Assembly (NCBI GenBank): GCA_963748305.1 | Contig: CAVVIN010000008.1 | Span: 181,798 to 245,797, forward strand | Reading direction: 5' to 3' | DNA from: an uncultured Actinomycetota bacterium | Lineage (GTDB): Bacteria > Actinomycetota > Actinomycetes > Mycobacteriales > Geodermatophilaceae | Length of the DNA stretch: 64,000 bases | Shown: positions 41,185 to 50,822 of the stretch, piece after piece | Layout: each line of letters starts with the position of its first letter | Position numbering within the stretch: the stretch's first letter is position 1 | Notes under the pieces: generated by a model | Seen by the model: only the letters and a program-made list of their open reading frames with translations | The model's database searches: none | Told to the model about the DNA's origin: nothing | Position numbers and translations under genes: made by a program

Positions 41185-41481
41185 ATGGCAGATCGGTGCA
41201 CGCACCTGGGCACCGTCCAGGACGTCACGCCCTCGAGTGACGGATGCGAGGACTGCCTGCGCACCGGCGGCCGCTGGGTGCACCTGCGCCTGTGCATGCG
41301 GTGCGGCCACGTCGGCTGCTGCGACAGCTCACCGAACCGGCACGCGACGGCGCACAACCGCGAGCATCCGGACCATCCGCTGATCCGGTCGTACGAGCCG
41401 GGGCAGGACTGGTGGTGGTGCTACGTCGACGAGGTCACGTTCGAGGTCGACGGCGCGCGGCCGGCGCCGTCACACCCCTGA
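41185..41481 (+). CDS. UBP-type zinc-finger (ZnF-UBP) domain protein
   Basis: Intact 98 aa, Cys/His-rich: CTHLGTVQDV...CEDCLRTGGRWVHLRLCMRCGHVGCCDSSPNRHATAHNREHPDHP...WWWCYVDE. Confidence 0.6.
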   Translation: MADRCTHLGTVQDVTPSSDGCEDCLRTGGRWVHLRLCMRCGHVGCCDSSPNRHATAHNREHPDHPLIRSYEPGQDWWWCYVDEVTFEVDGARPAPSHP

Positions 41482-41483
41482 GC

Positions 41484-43235
41484 TCAGTCCTCCGTCAGCG
41501 CCTGCGCGGGCAGCCAGTCGGCGTCGAGCAGCTCGGCGATCTCCTGCAGCGACGAGGTGTCGGCCCCGGCCGTCGACCCGCTGACGGCCAGCCGCTCGAC
41601 CATCACGCGGGCGACCTGCTCCTCGACGGTGTCCTCGGCGAAGGCGATCCGCCACGGCGAGCTGCGCCCGTCGCGGTGGGTGCGGCCGGTGACCTGCCGG
41701 GCCTGGATGCCGGAGAAGCGGGGCTGGTGGAACAGGCCGACGCGCGGCAGTTCCGACGCCGTCGAGCCGTCGGGCAGCAGCTCGCCCGCGTGCAGGCTGA
41801 TCGACGCCGTCACGGTGAAGACGCAGACCATCGCGTCGCCGCGCTGGAAGCGCAGCCGCTCGGCCTCGACATCGAAGCGGTCCCGGCCGTAGATGCCGGC
41901 CACCGGGATGCCGGCGTCGAGCAGGGCCTCCCGGATCGGGTCGGCGGCGGTCTCGACGAACTCGACCGACACCGCGACCTGCCGCTCGGCCTCGACCTGC
42001 GAGCGCACCCAGTCGACGGTGGCCTGCACGCGGATCAGGCCGGCCTTCTGCCGGAAGCGCATGAGCGCGGCCCGGCCCTTGGCGCTCTGCCGCGATCGCC
42101 GGGCCAGCTGCATCTCGGCGCGGAACTCCGACCACTCCGACTCGTAGGCCGCCCGCTCGGCCGGGGTCAGGGCCACCGCGGTGCCGGTCACCGACACCGG
42201 GCCCCACGGGGCCGGGCGGTGCAGCGTCGCCGGCGGATCGGCGTCGGCCAGCCACGACTGCAGCCGGGCCAGGTCGGCGCGGCGCTCGTCGGCGTCCTCG
42301 GTCCACTGCCAGCCGTAGCGGCCACGTTCCACGTGGAACCCGTGCGCGGACAGCCGCTTCGGCAGGTCGGCCCACTCGCGCAGCGCCTCGCCGTGCTGCT
42401 GCGCGAACTGGGGCGCCAGGTAGGGCAGCTCCAGCGGGGTGTGCGCCGGGGTGGCGGTCGCGGCGAGCACGAACGGCGCGTCCTTCGCGCGGGCGGCCCC
42501 GGAGACCGCCTTCCAGTGCTTCCACCGCTGGGTCGTGGTGTGCCGCACCATGTGCGCCTCGTCGGCGATGACGACGTCGAACCGGAGCTTGGACACCTTG
42601 GCCAGCCGGTCCCAGGTGGTGACGCACCAGCGCAGCCCGCCGTCACCGAACCCGGCGATCGAGCGCGCCCAGTGCGGGATCGTGATCGCGGCCGGACGGT
42701 CGGCCACCACCAGCACCGTCCGGACGTCGCGCTGCTCGGCGATCAGCCGCGCGGCGAGGATCGCGGTGCCGGTCTTGCCGACGCCCGGGTCGTCGCCGAG
42801 CAGGAAGACCCGGCCGCCGGCCGCGGCGTGCGCGGCGACCACGTCGGCGCCGTCCCACTGCAGGTCGCGCGGCGTCATGGGACGGGCGATCGGCAGCGGC
42901 CGGGGCTTCTCGTTGAGCTCGTCCTCGAGGAAGCGCTCGAGCGTGTACGGCGGCGGGTCGTAGGGCGCCAGTTCGGGCGGCAGGTCGGGGCCGACCCAGA
43001 CGTGCGCCTGCAGGCCGGGGTGCCAGACCGCTCCGGGCGCCGGCGCGCGGAAGGGCACCGACAGCACCCACACGCGCTCCCCCGGCCCCGCGGTGGGCAG
43101 CTCGAGAGCCGGCTTCGCGGCGCGCCGCGGCGCGGCCTTGGTGGCCTTCGCCGCCGCGCGGCGGCGCGGGGCCGACGCGGTCGTACGGGTGGTGCTGGCG
43201 CTCTTCGTCGTGGTGCGGCGCCGTCGTCCGGGCAT
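41484..43235 (-). CDS. superfamily-2 helicase of the strawberry-notch-like type with an N-terminal Lys/Ala/Pro-rich histone-H1-like tail
   Basis: ATG at 43235 with a GGAGG Shine-Dalgarno 6 nt upstream. MPGRRRRTTTKSASTTRTTASAPRRRAAAKATKAAPRRAAKPA. P-loop FLLGDDPGVGKTGTAIL (compare Sno FLxGDGAGVGKGR). DEAH box VVIADEAHMV. Motif V-VI TASISLHAG...QVTGRTHRDGRSSP (compare Sno QxFGRTHRSNQ). Intact 584 aa. Confidence 0.65.
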   Translation of the reverse strand: MPGRRRRTTTKSASTTRTTASAPRRRAAAKATKAAPRRAAKPALELPTAGPGERVWVLSVPFRAPAPGAVWHPGLQAHVWVGPDLPPELAPYDPPPYTLERFLEDELNEKPRPLPIARPMTPRDLQWDGADVVAAHAAAGGRVFLLGDDPGVGKTGTAILAARLIAEQRDVRTVLVVADRPAAITIPHWARSIAGFGDGGLRWCVTTWDRLAKVSKLRFDVVIADEAHMVRHTTTQRWKHWKAVSGAARAKDAPFVLAATATPAHTPLELPYLAPQFAQQHGEALREWADLPKRLSAHGFHVERGRYGWQWTEDADERRADLARLQSWLADADPPATLHRPAPWGPVSVTGTAVALTPAERAAYESEWSEFRAEMQLARRSRQSAKGRAALMRFRQKAGLIRVQATVDWVRSQVEAERQVAVSVEFVETAADPIREALLDAGIPVAGIYGRDRFDVEAERLRFQRGDAMVCVFTVTASISLHAGELLPDGSTASELPRVGLFHQPRFSGIQARQVTGRTHRDGRSSPWRIAFAEDTVEEQVARVMVERLAVSGSTAGADTSSLQEIAELLDADWLPAQALTED

Positions 43236-43319
43236 GGGACCTCCTGGTTCCGGCGACGGTAGATCGGGCTGCTGACGGTTCCGGGGAGGCTGGTCCGGAG
43301 CGTCGGTCCACTCCGGCGG

Positions 43320-44462
43320 GTGACGGGGTCCCGGACCGCCCGCGGCGCGGCTAGGTTGGCGCCAGTGGACATAGCGACGAGACCGCGCAGAACCACGTGC
43401 CGGCGGGCTCTGCTCGTGGCCGTGCTGGCCGTGGCGACCCTGCTGGTGCCGGGTGCTCCCGCGGCCGAGGCGGCGAACCGCACCATCACCTACTCGGTGA
43501 CCGCGCAGGGCACCGTGTCCGGCAACCTCGACCAGTTCGCGGCGGTGGCGGCGCAGACCTTCGCGGATTCCCGAGGATGGGGTCTCGGGGGCACGCTCGC
43601 GTTCCAGCGGGTGGCCTCCGGCGGGGAGTTCACGCTGATCCTGGCGTCGCCGGCCGTCGTGGGTGCCAACGCCGGCTGCGACAGCTACTACAGCTGCCGG
43701 GTGGGCCGGAACGTCTACATCAACGACGACCGCTGGCGCACCGGGACGCCGTCCTGGCCGTACGGCGTCCCGCTCTACCAGCAGTACGTGATCATGCACG
43801 AGGTCGGCCACTGGCTCGGCCTGGGTCACTCGAACTGCCCGGCCTCCGGCCGCAGCGCGCCGGTCATGCAGCAGCAGTCCATCTCGCTGCAGGGCTGCCG
43901 CTCCAACATGTGGCCGCTCATCGCCGAGCGCTCCCAGGTCGGGCGGAACACCGGGGTGCCGGTCAACTGGTCGGCCGTCGACCGGAAGTACATCGCGATC
44001 GGCCAGGAAGGCAGTGTGCTCGGCGGGCCGATCTTCTGGGAGCAGCCCACCGGCGGGCGCCCGGGCCGGTACCAGTCGTTCCAGGCGGGCACGATCTCCT
44101 GGTCGTCCGCGACCGGCGCCTTCGAGACGCACGGCCAGATCGACACCCGGTACCGCGCGACCGGCGGGTCCGGCGGCCCGCTGGCCTTCCCGACGACCGA
44201 CACCCGCGTCACCAGCGACCGGATCGGCCGGTTCAACCGGTTCAACGGCAACGCGGGCGGCGCGATCTTCTGGACGCCGTCGACCGGAGCCCAGGCGCTC
44301 TACGGTCCGATCTTCGCCCGGTGGGCGCAGCTGTCCTACGAGCGGGGACCGCTGGGTTACCCGACCAGCAGCGTGTACGAGGTCACCGGCGGGCAGCGGG
44401 CCGACTTCCAGGGCGGCTACATCCGCTGGGACCGCGCGACCGGGCAGACGACGGTCGGCTGA
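43320..44462 (+). CDS. secreted DUF3152-like putative Zn-metalloprotease domain protein with C-terminal LGFP repeats
   Basis: Signal peptide, HEVGHWLGLGH (HExxHxxGxxH), then repeated GGPIF/GPLAFP/GPLGYP LGFP-type motifs. Intact 380 aa. Confidence 0.55.
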   Translation: MTGSRTARGAARLAPVDIATRPRRTTCRRALLVAVLAVATLLVPGAPAAEAANRTITYSVTAQGTVSGNLDQFAAVAAQTFADSRGWGLGGTLAFQRVASGGEFTLILASPAVVGANAGCDSYYSCRVGRNVYINDDRWRTGTPSWPYGVPLYQQYVIMHEVGHWLGLGHSNCPASGRSAPVMQQQSISLQGCRSNMWPLIAERSQVGRNTGVPVNWSAVDRKYIAIGQEGSVLGGPIFWEQPTGGRPGRYQSFQAGTISWSSATGAFETHGQIDTRYRATGGSGGPLAFPTTDTRVTSDRIGRFNRFNGNAGGAIFWTPSTGAQALYGPIFARWAQLSYERGPLGYPTSSVYEVTGGQRADFQGGYIRWDRATGQTTVG

Positions 44463-44518
44463 CCGGTCCCCGCTCCGGCCCGACGTCGAACACCGCCCGC
44501 GCCTGATGAGATGACCGG

Positions 44519-45365
44519 GTGAGCGAGGACGAACGGCTGGCGGTCCGCACCCTGGGCGACGCCGGCCCGCTGGGTGGTCTTCGTGCACGGGCTGTTCGGC
44601 CAGGGCCGGAACTGGACGACGATCGCCAAGGGCCTGACCGACCGGCACCGCGTCGCCCTGCGTCGACCTGCCCAACCACGGGCACTCCCCGTGGACCGAC
44701 CGGGTCGACTACGTGGACATGGCCGAGCTGCTGGCCGCCGAGCTGGCGGCGCTCGGGGAGCCGGTGACCCTCGTCGGCCACTCCATGGGCGGCAAGGTGG
44801 CGATGCAGCTGGCGCTGCGCCGACCCGAACTGCTGCGCGCGCTGGTCGTGGTCGACGTCGCCCCCTCCGACTACCCGCCGCGCGGCGGCCGGACCGACGA
44901 CCCCGACGAGGAGGCCTCGCCGTTCGGCGACTACATCGCCGCGATGCGGGCGCTGGACCTCGACGCGCTGGAGACCCGGGGCGATGCCGACGAGGCGCTG
45001 CAGGAGGTCGTGCCCAGCACGATGGTGCGCAGCTTCCTGCTGCAGAGCCTCGTCCGCGACGGCGTCGGCCCCGACGGCGGCTGGCGCTGGCGGCTCAACC
45101 TCGAGGCGCTCGAGCGCGACCTCGGCGACCTGCGCGGCTTCCCGGCACCGCCGGACGGCGCCACGTTCGACGGACCGGTGCTCTGGATCGCCGGGGCGAA
45201 CTCCACCTACGTGCTGCCCGAGGACCGCCCGCGGATGGACGCGCTGTTCCCCGGGACCCGGCTGGTCACCATCAAGAACGCCGGGCACTGGGTGCACTCC
45301 GAGCAGCCCGAGATCTTCGTGGAGACGCTGCAGCAAGGTTCCTCGAGCGCGCCGAGCGGGCCTGA
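44519..45365 (+). CDS. alpha/beta-fold hydrolase (three frameshifts)
   Basis: MSEDERLAVRTLGDAGP | VFVHGLFGQGRNWTTIAKGL | ...LVGHSMGGKVAMQLAL...KNAGHWVHSEQPE... | ...LERAERA*. Confidence 0.55.
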
Positions 45366-45371
45366 CGGTCG

Positions 45372-46215
45372 TCAGTCGCGGGACCGGCGGCGGAACGCCG
45401 AGACCGCCAGCGGCGCGAACACCGCCGTCAGGATGATGGACCACCCCACCGAGACCAGGACCGGGTTCTGCAGCGGCCAGGCGGCGTCCGGACCTGCGGG
45501 CGGGCCGTTCCCCCAGAGCTCCCGGCACGCCTGGGTCACCGCGGAGACCGGGTTCCACTCGGCGATGGTCCGCAGCCACGCCGGCATGCTCTCCGTCGGC
45601 GCGAACGTGTTGGCGACGAAGGTCAGCGGGAACATCACCGTGAACATGAAGCCCTGGACGGCCTCGACGGTCCGCATCAGCGAGCCGACCCAGATGCCGA
45701 GCCAGATGACGGCGAAGCCGAACAGCAGCAGCAGCGCGAACGCCAGCACCCCGTCGGTGAACCCGTTGCGGATCCGCCAGCCGATGAGCAGGCCGGTCAG
45801 CGCCATCACGGCGATGCCGATGCTGGAGTGGATCAGGCTCGAGATGCTCCGGCCGACCAGCACCGCCGGCCGCGGGACCGGCAGGGACTTGAACCGGTCG
45901 ACGAACCCCTTCTGCAGGTCGTTGGTCAGACCCATGGCCACGATCGCCGACGAGAAGACCATGGTCTGCACCATGATCCCGGGCAGCAGGAACTCCTTGT
46001 AGTCGGTGCCCGGCACCGCGATCGCCCCGCCGAAGACGTAGGCGAACAGCAGCACGAACATCACCGACTGGACGGTGACGTCGAGCAGCATCTCGGGCAT
46101 CCGCCGGATGTGCAGCAGGTTGCGCCAGACGATGGTCGCCGATGCGCGCAGCAGCGACGGCGGCGAGATGGGCGGCCGGGCGGTGGGCGCGCGTCTGGTC
46201 TGGACGGCGGTCACT
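45372..46215 (-). CDS. ABC-2 type exporter permease (DrrB-like)
   Basis: Six hydrophobic helices: ...SATIVWRNLLHIRRMPEMLLDVTVQSVMFVLLFAYVFGGAI... Confidence 0.55.
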
Positions 46216-47196
46216 GGGGGACTCCCTCGTTGGTCAGGTCGGTCGGCGTCGTCGGCCTCGGCCCGGTGGCCGGTGAGGTGGAGGAACACGTCGTCGAGGC
46301 TCGGCCGTTTCAGTCCCAGGTCGTCGAGTTCGATGCCGCTGGTCTCGAAGACGGCGGCGATCCGGGTCATGTCGCCGAGGCCGCCCGCCTGGGCGGTCAG
46401 CCGCCGGCTGCCCGCCTCGATGTGCACCTCGGCGCAGCAGGAGTTCATCAGCTCGGCCGCCCGGTCGAGGTCGGCGGCGTGGGTCAGGGTGACGACGACG
46501 CTGGCCTGCGCCGGCCTGGTCCTTGAGCTGCGTGGGCGTGCCGGCGGCGATGACCTTGCCCTTGTCGACCACCACGATCTCGTCCGCGAGGTGGTCGGCC
46601 TCCTCCAGGTACTGCGTCGTCAGCACCAGCGTGGTGCCCTCCTGCACGAGTTCGCGCAGCACGGTCCACAGGCCGGACCGGCTCTGCGGGTCCAGGCCGG
46701 TGGTGGGCTCGTCCAGGAACAGGATGGGCGGCGCGGCCAGCAGGCTCACCGCGAGGTCGAGCCGGCGCCGCATGCCGCCGGAGTACGTCTTCGCCATGCG
46801 GTCGGCGGCGTCGGAGAGGTCGAAGCGCTCCAGGAGGCTGTCGGTCACCTCGCGGACGTAGGACTTGGGCAGCCCGTAGAGGCTGCCGATCAGCTTGAGG
46901 TTCTCGCGCCCGGTCAGGATCTCGTCGACCGTGGCGGCCTGGCCGGTCAGACCCATGCTGCGGCGGACCTCGTTCGGGTGCGTGCGGATGTCGAAGCCCG
47001 GCCACCCGGCCCGTGCCGCTCGTGGGGACGCTCAACGTCGTCAGCATCCGCACGAGGGTGGTCTTGCCGGCCCCGTTGGGGCCGAGCAGACCGAGGACCG
47101 AGCCCTCGGGGACGACGAAGCTGACGCCGTCGACCGCGCGGTGTTGTCATCGAAGTGCTTGACCAGGTCGATGGCCTCGACTGCCGGAGTGGTGCT
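46216..47196 (-). CDS. ABC transporter ATP-binding protein (DrrA-like), with three or more frameshifts
   Basis: [21 protein letters not shown]..., then [57 protein letters not shown] (signature LSGGM, Walker B) in ORF 46234-46956, then a C-terminal domain continuing into 45372-46448. Confidence 0.65.
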
Positions 47197-47382
47197 CATG
47201 CGGGGATCCTGCACGGGGGTACCGACAATTCGGCGGCGGTTCTCGTCGGCGCTGTCATGGGACCAGGGTGCAACCTCCAGTGGGCTTGAAGGCAAGCGAA
47301 AATTTGGCAGCACTGTCGAACCCGGGTCCGGGAGGCCGGTGCCGGCTCGCGAGGGGACGGTCGCCGGGGCCAAGATCGTCGG

Positions 47383-49019
47383 CATGACCGACCCCCGAGC
47401 CGGACAGCGCGCTGCCCCCGGCGACCTGATCGACGTCGCTGCCCTGGTCACCGCCTATTACACGGTGGACCCCGACCCGGCCGAGGTCGCGCAGCAGGTC
47501 TCCTTCGGCACCTCCGGGCACCGCGGCTCGGCGTTCGACGCCGCCTTCAACGAGGCGCACATCCTCGCCACCACCCAGGCGATCTGCGAGTACCGCGCGG
47601 CGCAGGGCTACGACGGCCCGCTGTTCGTCGGCCGGGACACCCACGCCCTGTCCGGGCCCGCCTGGACGACGGCACTGGAGGTCCTCGTCGCCAACGACGT
47701 CACGGTGCTGGTGGACGCCGGTGACCGGTACACGCCGACGCCGGCCGTCAGCCACGCGATCCTGCGGGCCAACCAGGGGAAGACGGCGGGGCTCGCCGAC
47801 GGCATCGTCGTCACACCGTCGCACAACCCGCCCCGGGACGGCGGGTTCAAGTACAACCCGCCGAGCGGCGGCCCGGCCGACACCGACGCCACGAAGGTGA
47901 TCGCCGACCGCGCCAACCAGCTGCTGTTCGCCGGCCTCGACGGCGTCCGGCGGGTCCCGTTCGAGCGGGCGCAGGAGAGCGTCGAGGCCTACGACTTCAT
48001 GGGGACCTACGTCGACGACCTGCCGAGCGTCCTCGACCTCGACGCGATCCGCGACGCCGGTGTCCGGATCGGCGCGGATCCGCTCGGCGGTGCGAGCGTC
48101 GACTACTGGGGGGCGATCGCCGAGCGGCACCGGCTCGACCTCACCGTCGTCAACCCGCTGGTGGACCCGACGTGGCGGTTCATGACGCTCGACTGGGACG
48201 GCAAGATCCGGATGGACTGCTCGTCGCCGTCGGCCATGGCCTCGCTCGTCGGGCGCAAGGACGAGTTCCAGATCGCCACGGGCAACGACGCCGACGCCGA
48301 CCGGCACGGCATCGTCACCCCGGACGGCGGCCTGATGAACCCGAACCACTTCCTCGCCGTCGCCATCGCCTACCTGCTCAGCCACCGCCCGCAGTGGGCC
48401 AAGGAGACCGCCGTCGGCAAGACCCTGGTGTCCAGCTCGCTGATCGACCGCGTGGTGGCCGACATGGACCGGCGGCTCATCGAGGTCCCGGTCGGGTTCA
48501 AGTGGTTCGTGCCCGGTCTGCTGGACGGCTCGGTCGGCTTCGGCGGCGAGGAGTCGGCGGGGGCCTCGTTCCTCCGCCGCGACGGCATCGGTCTGGACGA
48601 CGGACAAGGACGGCATGCTGCTGGCCCTGCTCGCCGCGGAGATCCAGGCCGTGACGGGCCGGTCCCCCTCGAAGCTGCACCGCCAGCTGACCGACCACTT
48701 CGGGGAGTCCGCATACGCGCGGATCGACGCCCCGGCGACGCGCGAGCAGAAGGCGGCGCTGGGGAAGCTGTCGCCCGAGGACGTCTCCGCGACCGAGCTG
48801 GCCGGCGAGCCGATCACCGCCAAGCTGACCAGTGCGCCCGGCAACGACGCCCCGATCGGCGGGCTCAAGGTGGTCACCGAGAACGCCTGGTTCGCCGCCC
48901 GCCCGTCGGGGACCGAGGACGTCTACAAGGTCTACGCCGAGTCCTTCCGTGGGCCCGAGCACCTGAAGCAGGTGCAGGAGGAGGCCCAGGCGGTCGTCAC
49001 CGCCGCGCTGGGTGGCTGA
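47383..49019 (+). CDS. pgm: phosphoglucomutase (alpha-D-glucose phosphate-specific). One frameshift near 48590.
   Basis: [26 protein letters not shown]...FGTSGHRGS...[23 protein letters not shown]...[17 protein letters not shown] | ...[20 protein letters not shown]. Confidence 0.8.
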
Positions 49020-50094
49020 CGTGCACACCGTCCCGCTCCTGCGCGAACTGGTGCGCCGGGTCACCGTCTCCGGGGACGCGGGCCCCCAGCGCGAGGTGAT
49101 GGGCATCGTCACCGAAGCCCTCCGGGAGCGGGCGCCGCACCTGCAGGTCACCGAGGGTCGCGACCGGGACCACCCCTGGACGCTGCTGCGCACCCCCACC
49201 GACCCGGGCCGCCGCCAGCTCCTGCTGGCCTGCCACGTCGACACCGTTCCCGTGCCGGAGCCGGGCGACTGGGCGCGCGACCCCTTCGGCGCCGACCTCG
49301 ACGGTGGGCGCGTCTGGGGTCGGGGCGGCAGCGACATGAAGGCCGGCCTGGTCGCCGCGGTGGCCGCGCTCGCCGGCGCCGACCCGGAGACGCCGGTGGC
49401 CCTGCTGCTCACCAGCGACGAGGAGATCGGGTCGAAGGGTGCGGCCGCGGCGGCGGAGGCGGTCGCAGGGCAGCGCATCGGCGCGGTGATCGTGCCCGAG
49501 GCCACGGCCAACGAGGTCGTCCTCGGTCACAAGGGCGCGCTGTGGCTGGCCGTGCGGACGGCGGGTCGAGCCGCACACGGCAGCACGCCCGAGCGCGGGC
49601 ACAACGCGATCCTCGACCTGGCGGCGCTGCTCGGCCGCGCCGGCGCCGGCCTGCCGCGGGCCACGCACCCGTTCCTCGGCACCGAGACCTGGAACCCGGG
49701 TGTGGTCGCCGGCGGCTCCGTGCCGAACGTCGTGCCCGACCGGGCCGAGGCGCTGATCGACATGCGCACGGTCGGGGACAGCGGCGACCTGCTCGGCTGG
49801 TGGCGGGACCAGCCCGAGGTGGCCGACGTCGAGGTGCGGGTCGACCTGCCCCCGGTCGGCACCCCCGCCGATGACGCGTGGGTGCGGGGTCTGCCCGCTC
49901 GGGTCCGGCCGGAGCCGGCGACCTACTTCACGGACGCCTCCGTGCTCGCACCGGTCGTGCGTGGCGCCCCGGTCGTGGTGTGGGGCCCGGGTACGCCGGC
50001 CGTGATGCACGCGGTCGACGAGTACGTCGAGGTGGCCGAACTCGAGCAGGCCGCGGTGGCGTTCGGCGACGTCGTCGCTCGCTGGGACGGCTGA
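49012..50094 (+). CDS. M20-family metallopeptidase (ArgE/DapE-like). The GTG start overlaps the pgm stop.
   Basis: [11 protein letters not shown]...[10 protein letters not shown]...SDEEIGSKG...GHKGALWL, intact 360 aa. Confidence 0.7.
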   Translation: MADVHTVPLLRELVRRVTVSGDAGPQREVMGIVTEALRERAPHLQVTEGRDRDHPWTLLRTPTDPGRRQLLLACHVDTVPVPEPGDWARDPFGADLDGGRVWGRGGSDMKAGLVAAVAALAGADPETPVALLLTSDEEIGSKGAAAAAEAVAGQRIGAVIVPEATANEVVLGHKGALWLAVRTAGRAAHGSTPERGHNAILDLAALLGRAGAGLPRATHPFLGTETWNPGVVAGGSVPNVVPDRAEALIDMRTVGDSGDLLGWWRDQPEVADVEVRVDLPPVGTPADDAWVRGLPARVRPEPATYFTDASVLAPVVRGAPVVVWGPGTPAVMHAVDEYVEVAELEQAAVAFGDVVARWDG

Positions 50095-50113
50095 GAGCCG
50101 GCGCACATCTCGG

Positions 50114-50140
50114 CCGTGCGCCGTCCGATACACCGCTGTA
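50114..50140. promoter_or_regulatory. candidate TetR operator: inverted repeat GATACA-ccgc-TGTATC embedded in a direct repeat TCCGATACA (x2), 20 bp upstream of tetR
   Basis: tccgatacaccgctgtatccgatacat. Confidence 0.4.
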
Positions 50141-50159
50141 TCCGATACATTCGTGCATC

Positions 50160-50801
50160 GTGAGCGTGGACGAGACGGAGACGCGACCCAAGCGGCGCCG
50201 TGCGGACACCGTCGAGCGGCTGCTCGACGCCGCACTGGAGACCTTCGCCGAGATTGGGTTCGCCGCGGCGAGCGTGGAGGACATCTGCCGCCGCGGCGGG
50301 TTCACCCGCGGCGCGTTCTACTCCAGCTTCCGCACCAAGGACGAGCTGTTCGCCGCCCTGTTCACCCGTGAGACCGCCCGCAACATCGCCCGCGCCGAGG
50401 AGCAGTTGGTCGGCGTCGAGGACGAGGACGACCCGGTCGCCGCGGCTGTCGAGCGCTGCCTGTCCACGTTCCGCGCCGACCGGACCTGGGTGCTGGTGCA
50501 CACCGAGTACGCCCTCTACGCCACCCGCCACCCGGAGGCGGCCGCCGCCCTGCGCCGGCATGCCGAGGAGCTGCACCGCCGGCTCACCGCGCTCATCGAC
50601 GCCTCCGCTGCCCGCATCGGCATCCGGCTGACGCTCCCGGCGAACCGCCTGGCGCGCATCGTGCTGGCCCTGCACGACGGAGTCGTCATCCGGGAGGTGC
50701 TCGGCGGGGGTGCTGCACGCGACGCCGCGGGCGACCGAGCCGCCTCCGACCTGGAGCGCACGGCCCTGCTCCTGCTGCTTCGTTCCGCAACCACCGACTG
50801 A
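50160..50801 (+). CDS. TetR/AcrR-family transcriptional regulator
   Basis: VERLLDAALETFAEIGFAAASVEDICRRGGFTRGAFYSSFRTKDELFAAL, a TetR HTH. GTG start. Confidence 0.7.
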   Translation: MSVDETETRPKRRRADTVERLLDAALETFAEIGFAAASVEDICRRGGFTRGAFYSSFRTKDELFAALFTRETARNIARAEEQLVGVEDEDDPVAAAVERCLSTFRADRTWVLVHTEYALYATRHPEAAAALRRHAEELHRRLTALIDASAARIGIRLTLPANRLARIVLALHDGVVIREVLGGGAARDAAGDRAASDLERTALLLLLRSATTD

Positions 50802-50822
50802 CCCTCAGGAGTTCCCTGTCCC

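Noticed and set aside
41484-44675. 1063-aa ORF suggesting a much longer helicase
   Set aside because: The upstream 480 codons run antisense to the well-supported DUF3152/LGFP gene and have no helicase features. A canonical ATG with a GGAGG Shine-Dalgarno at 43235 starts the homologous region.
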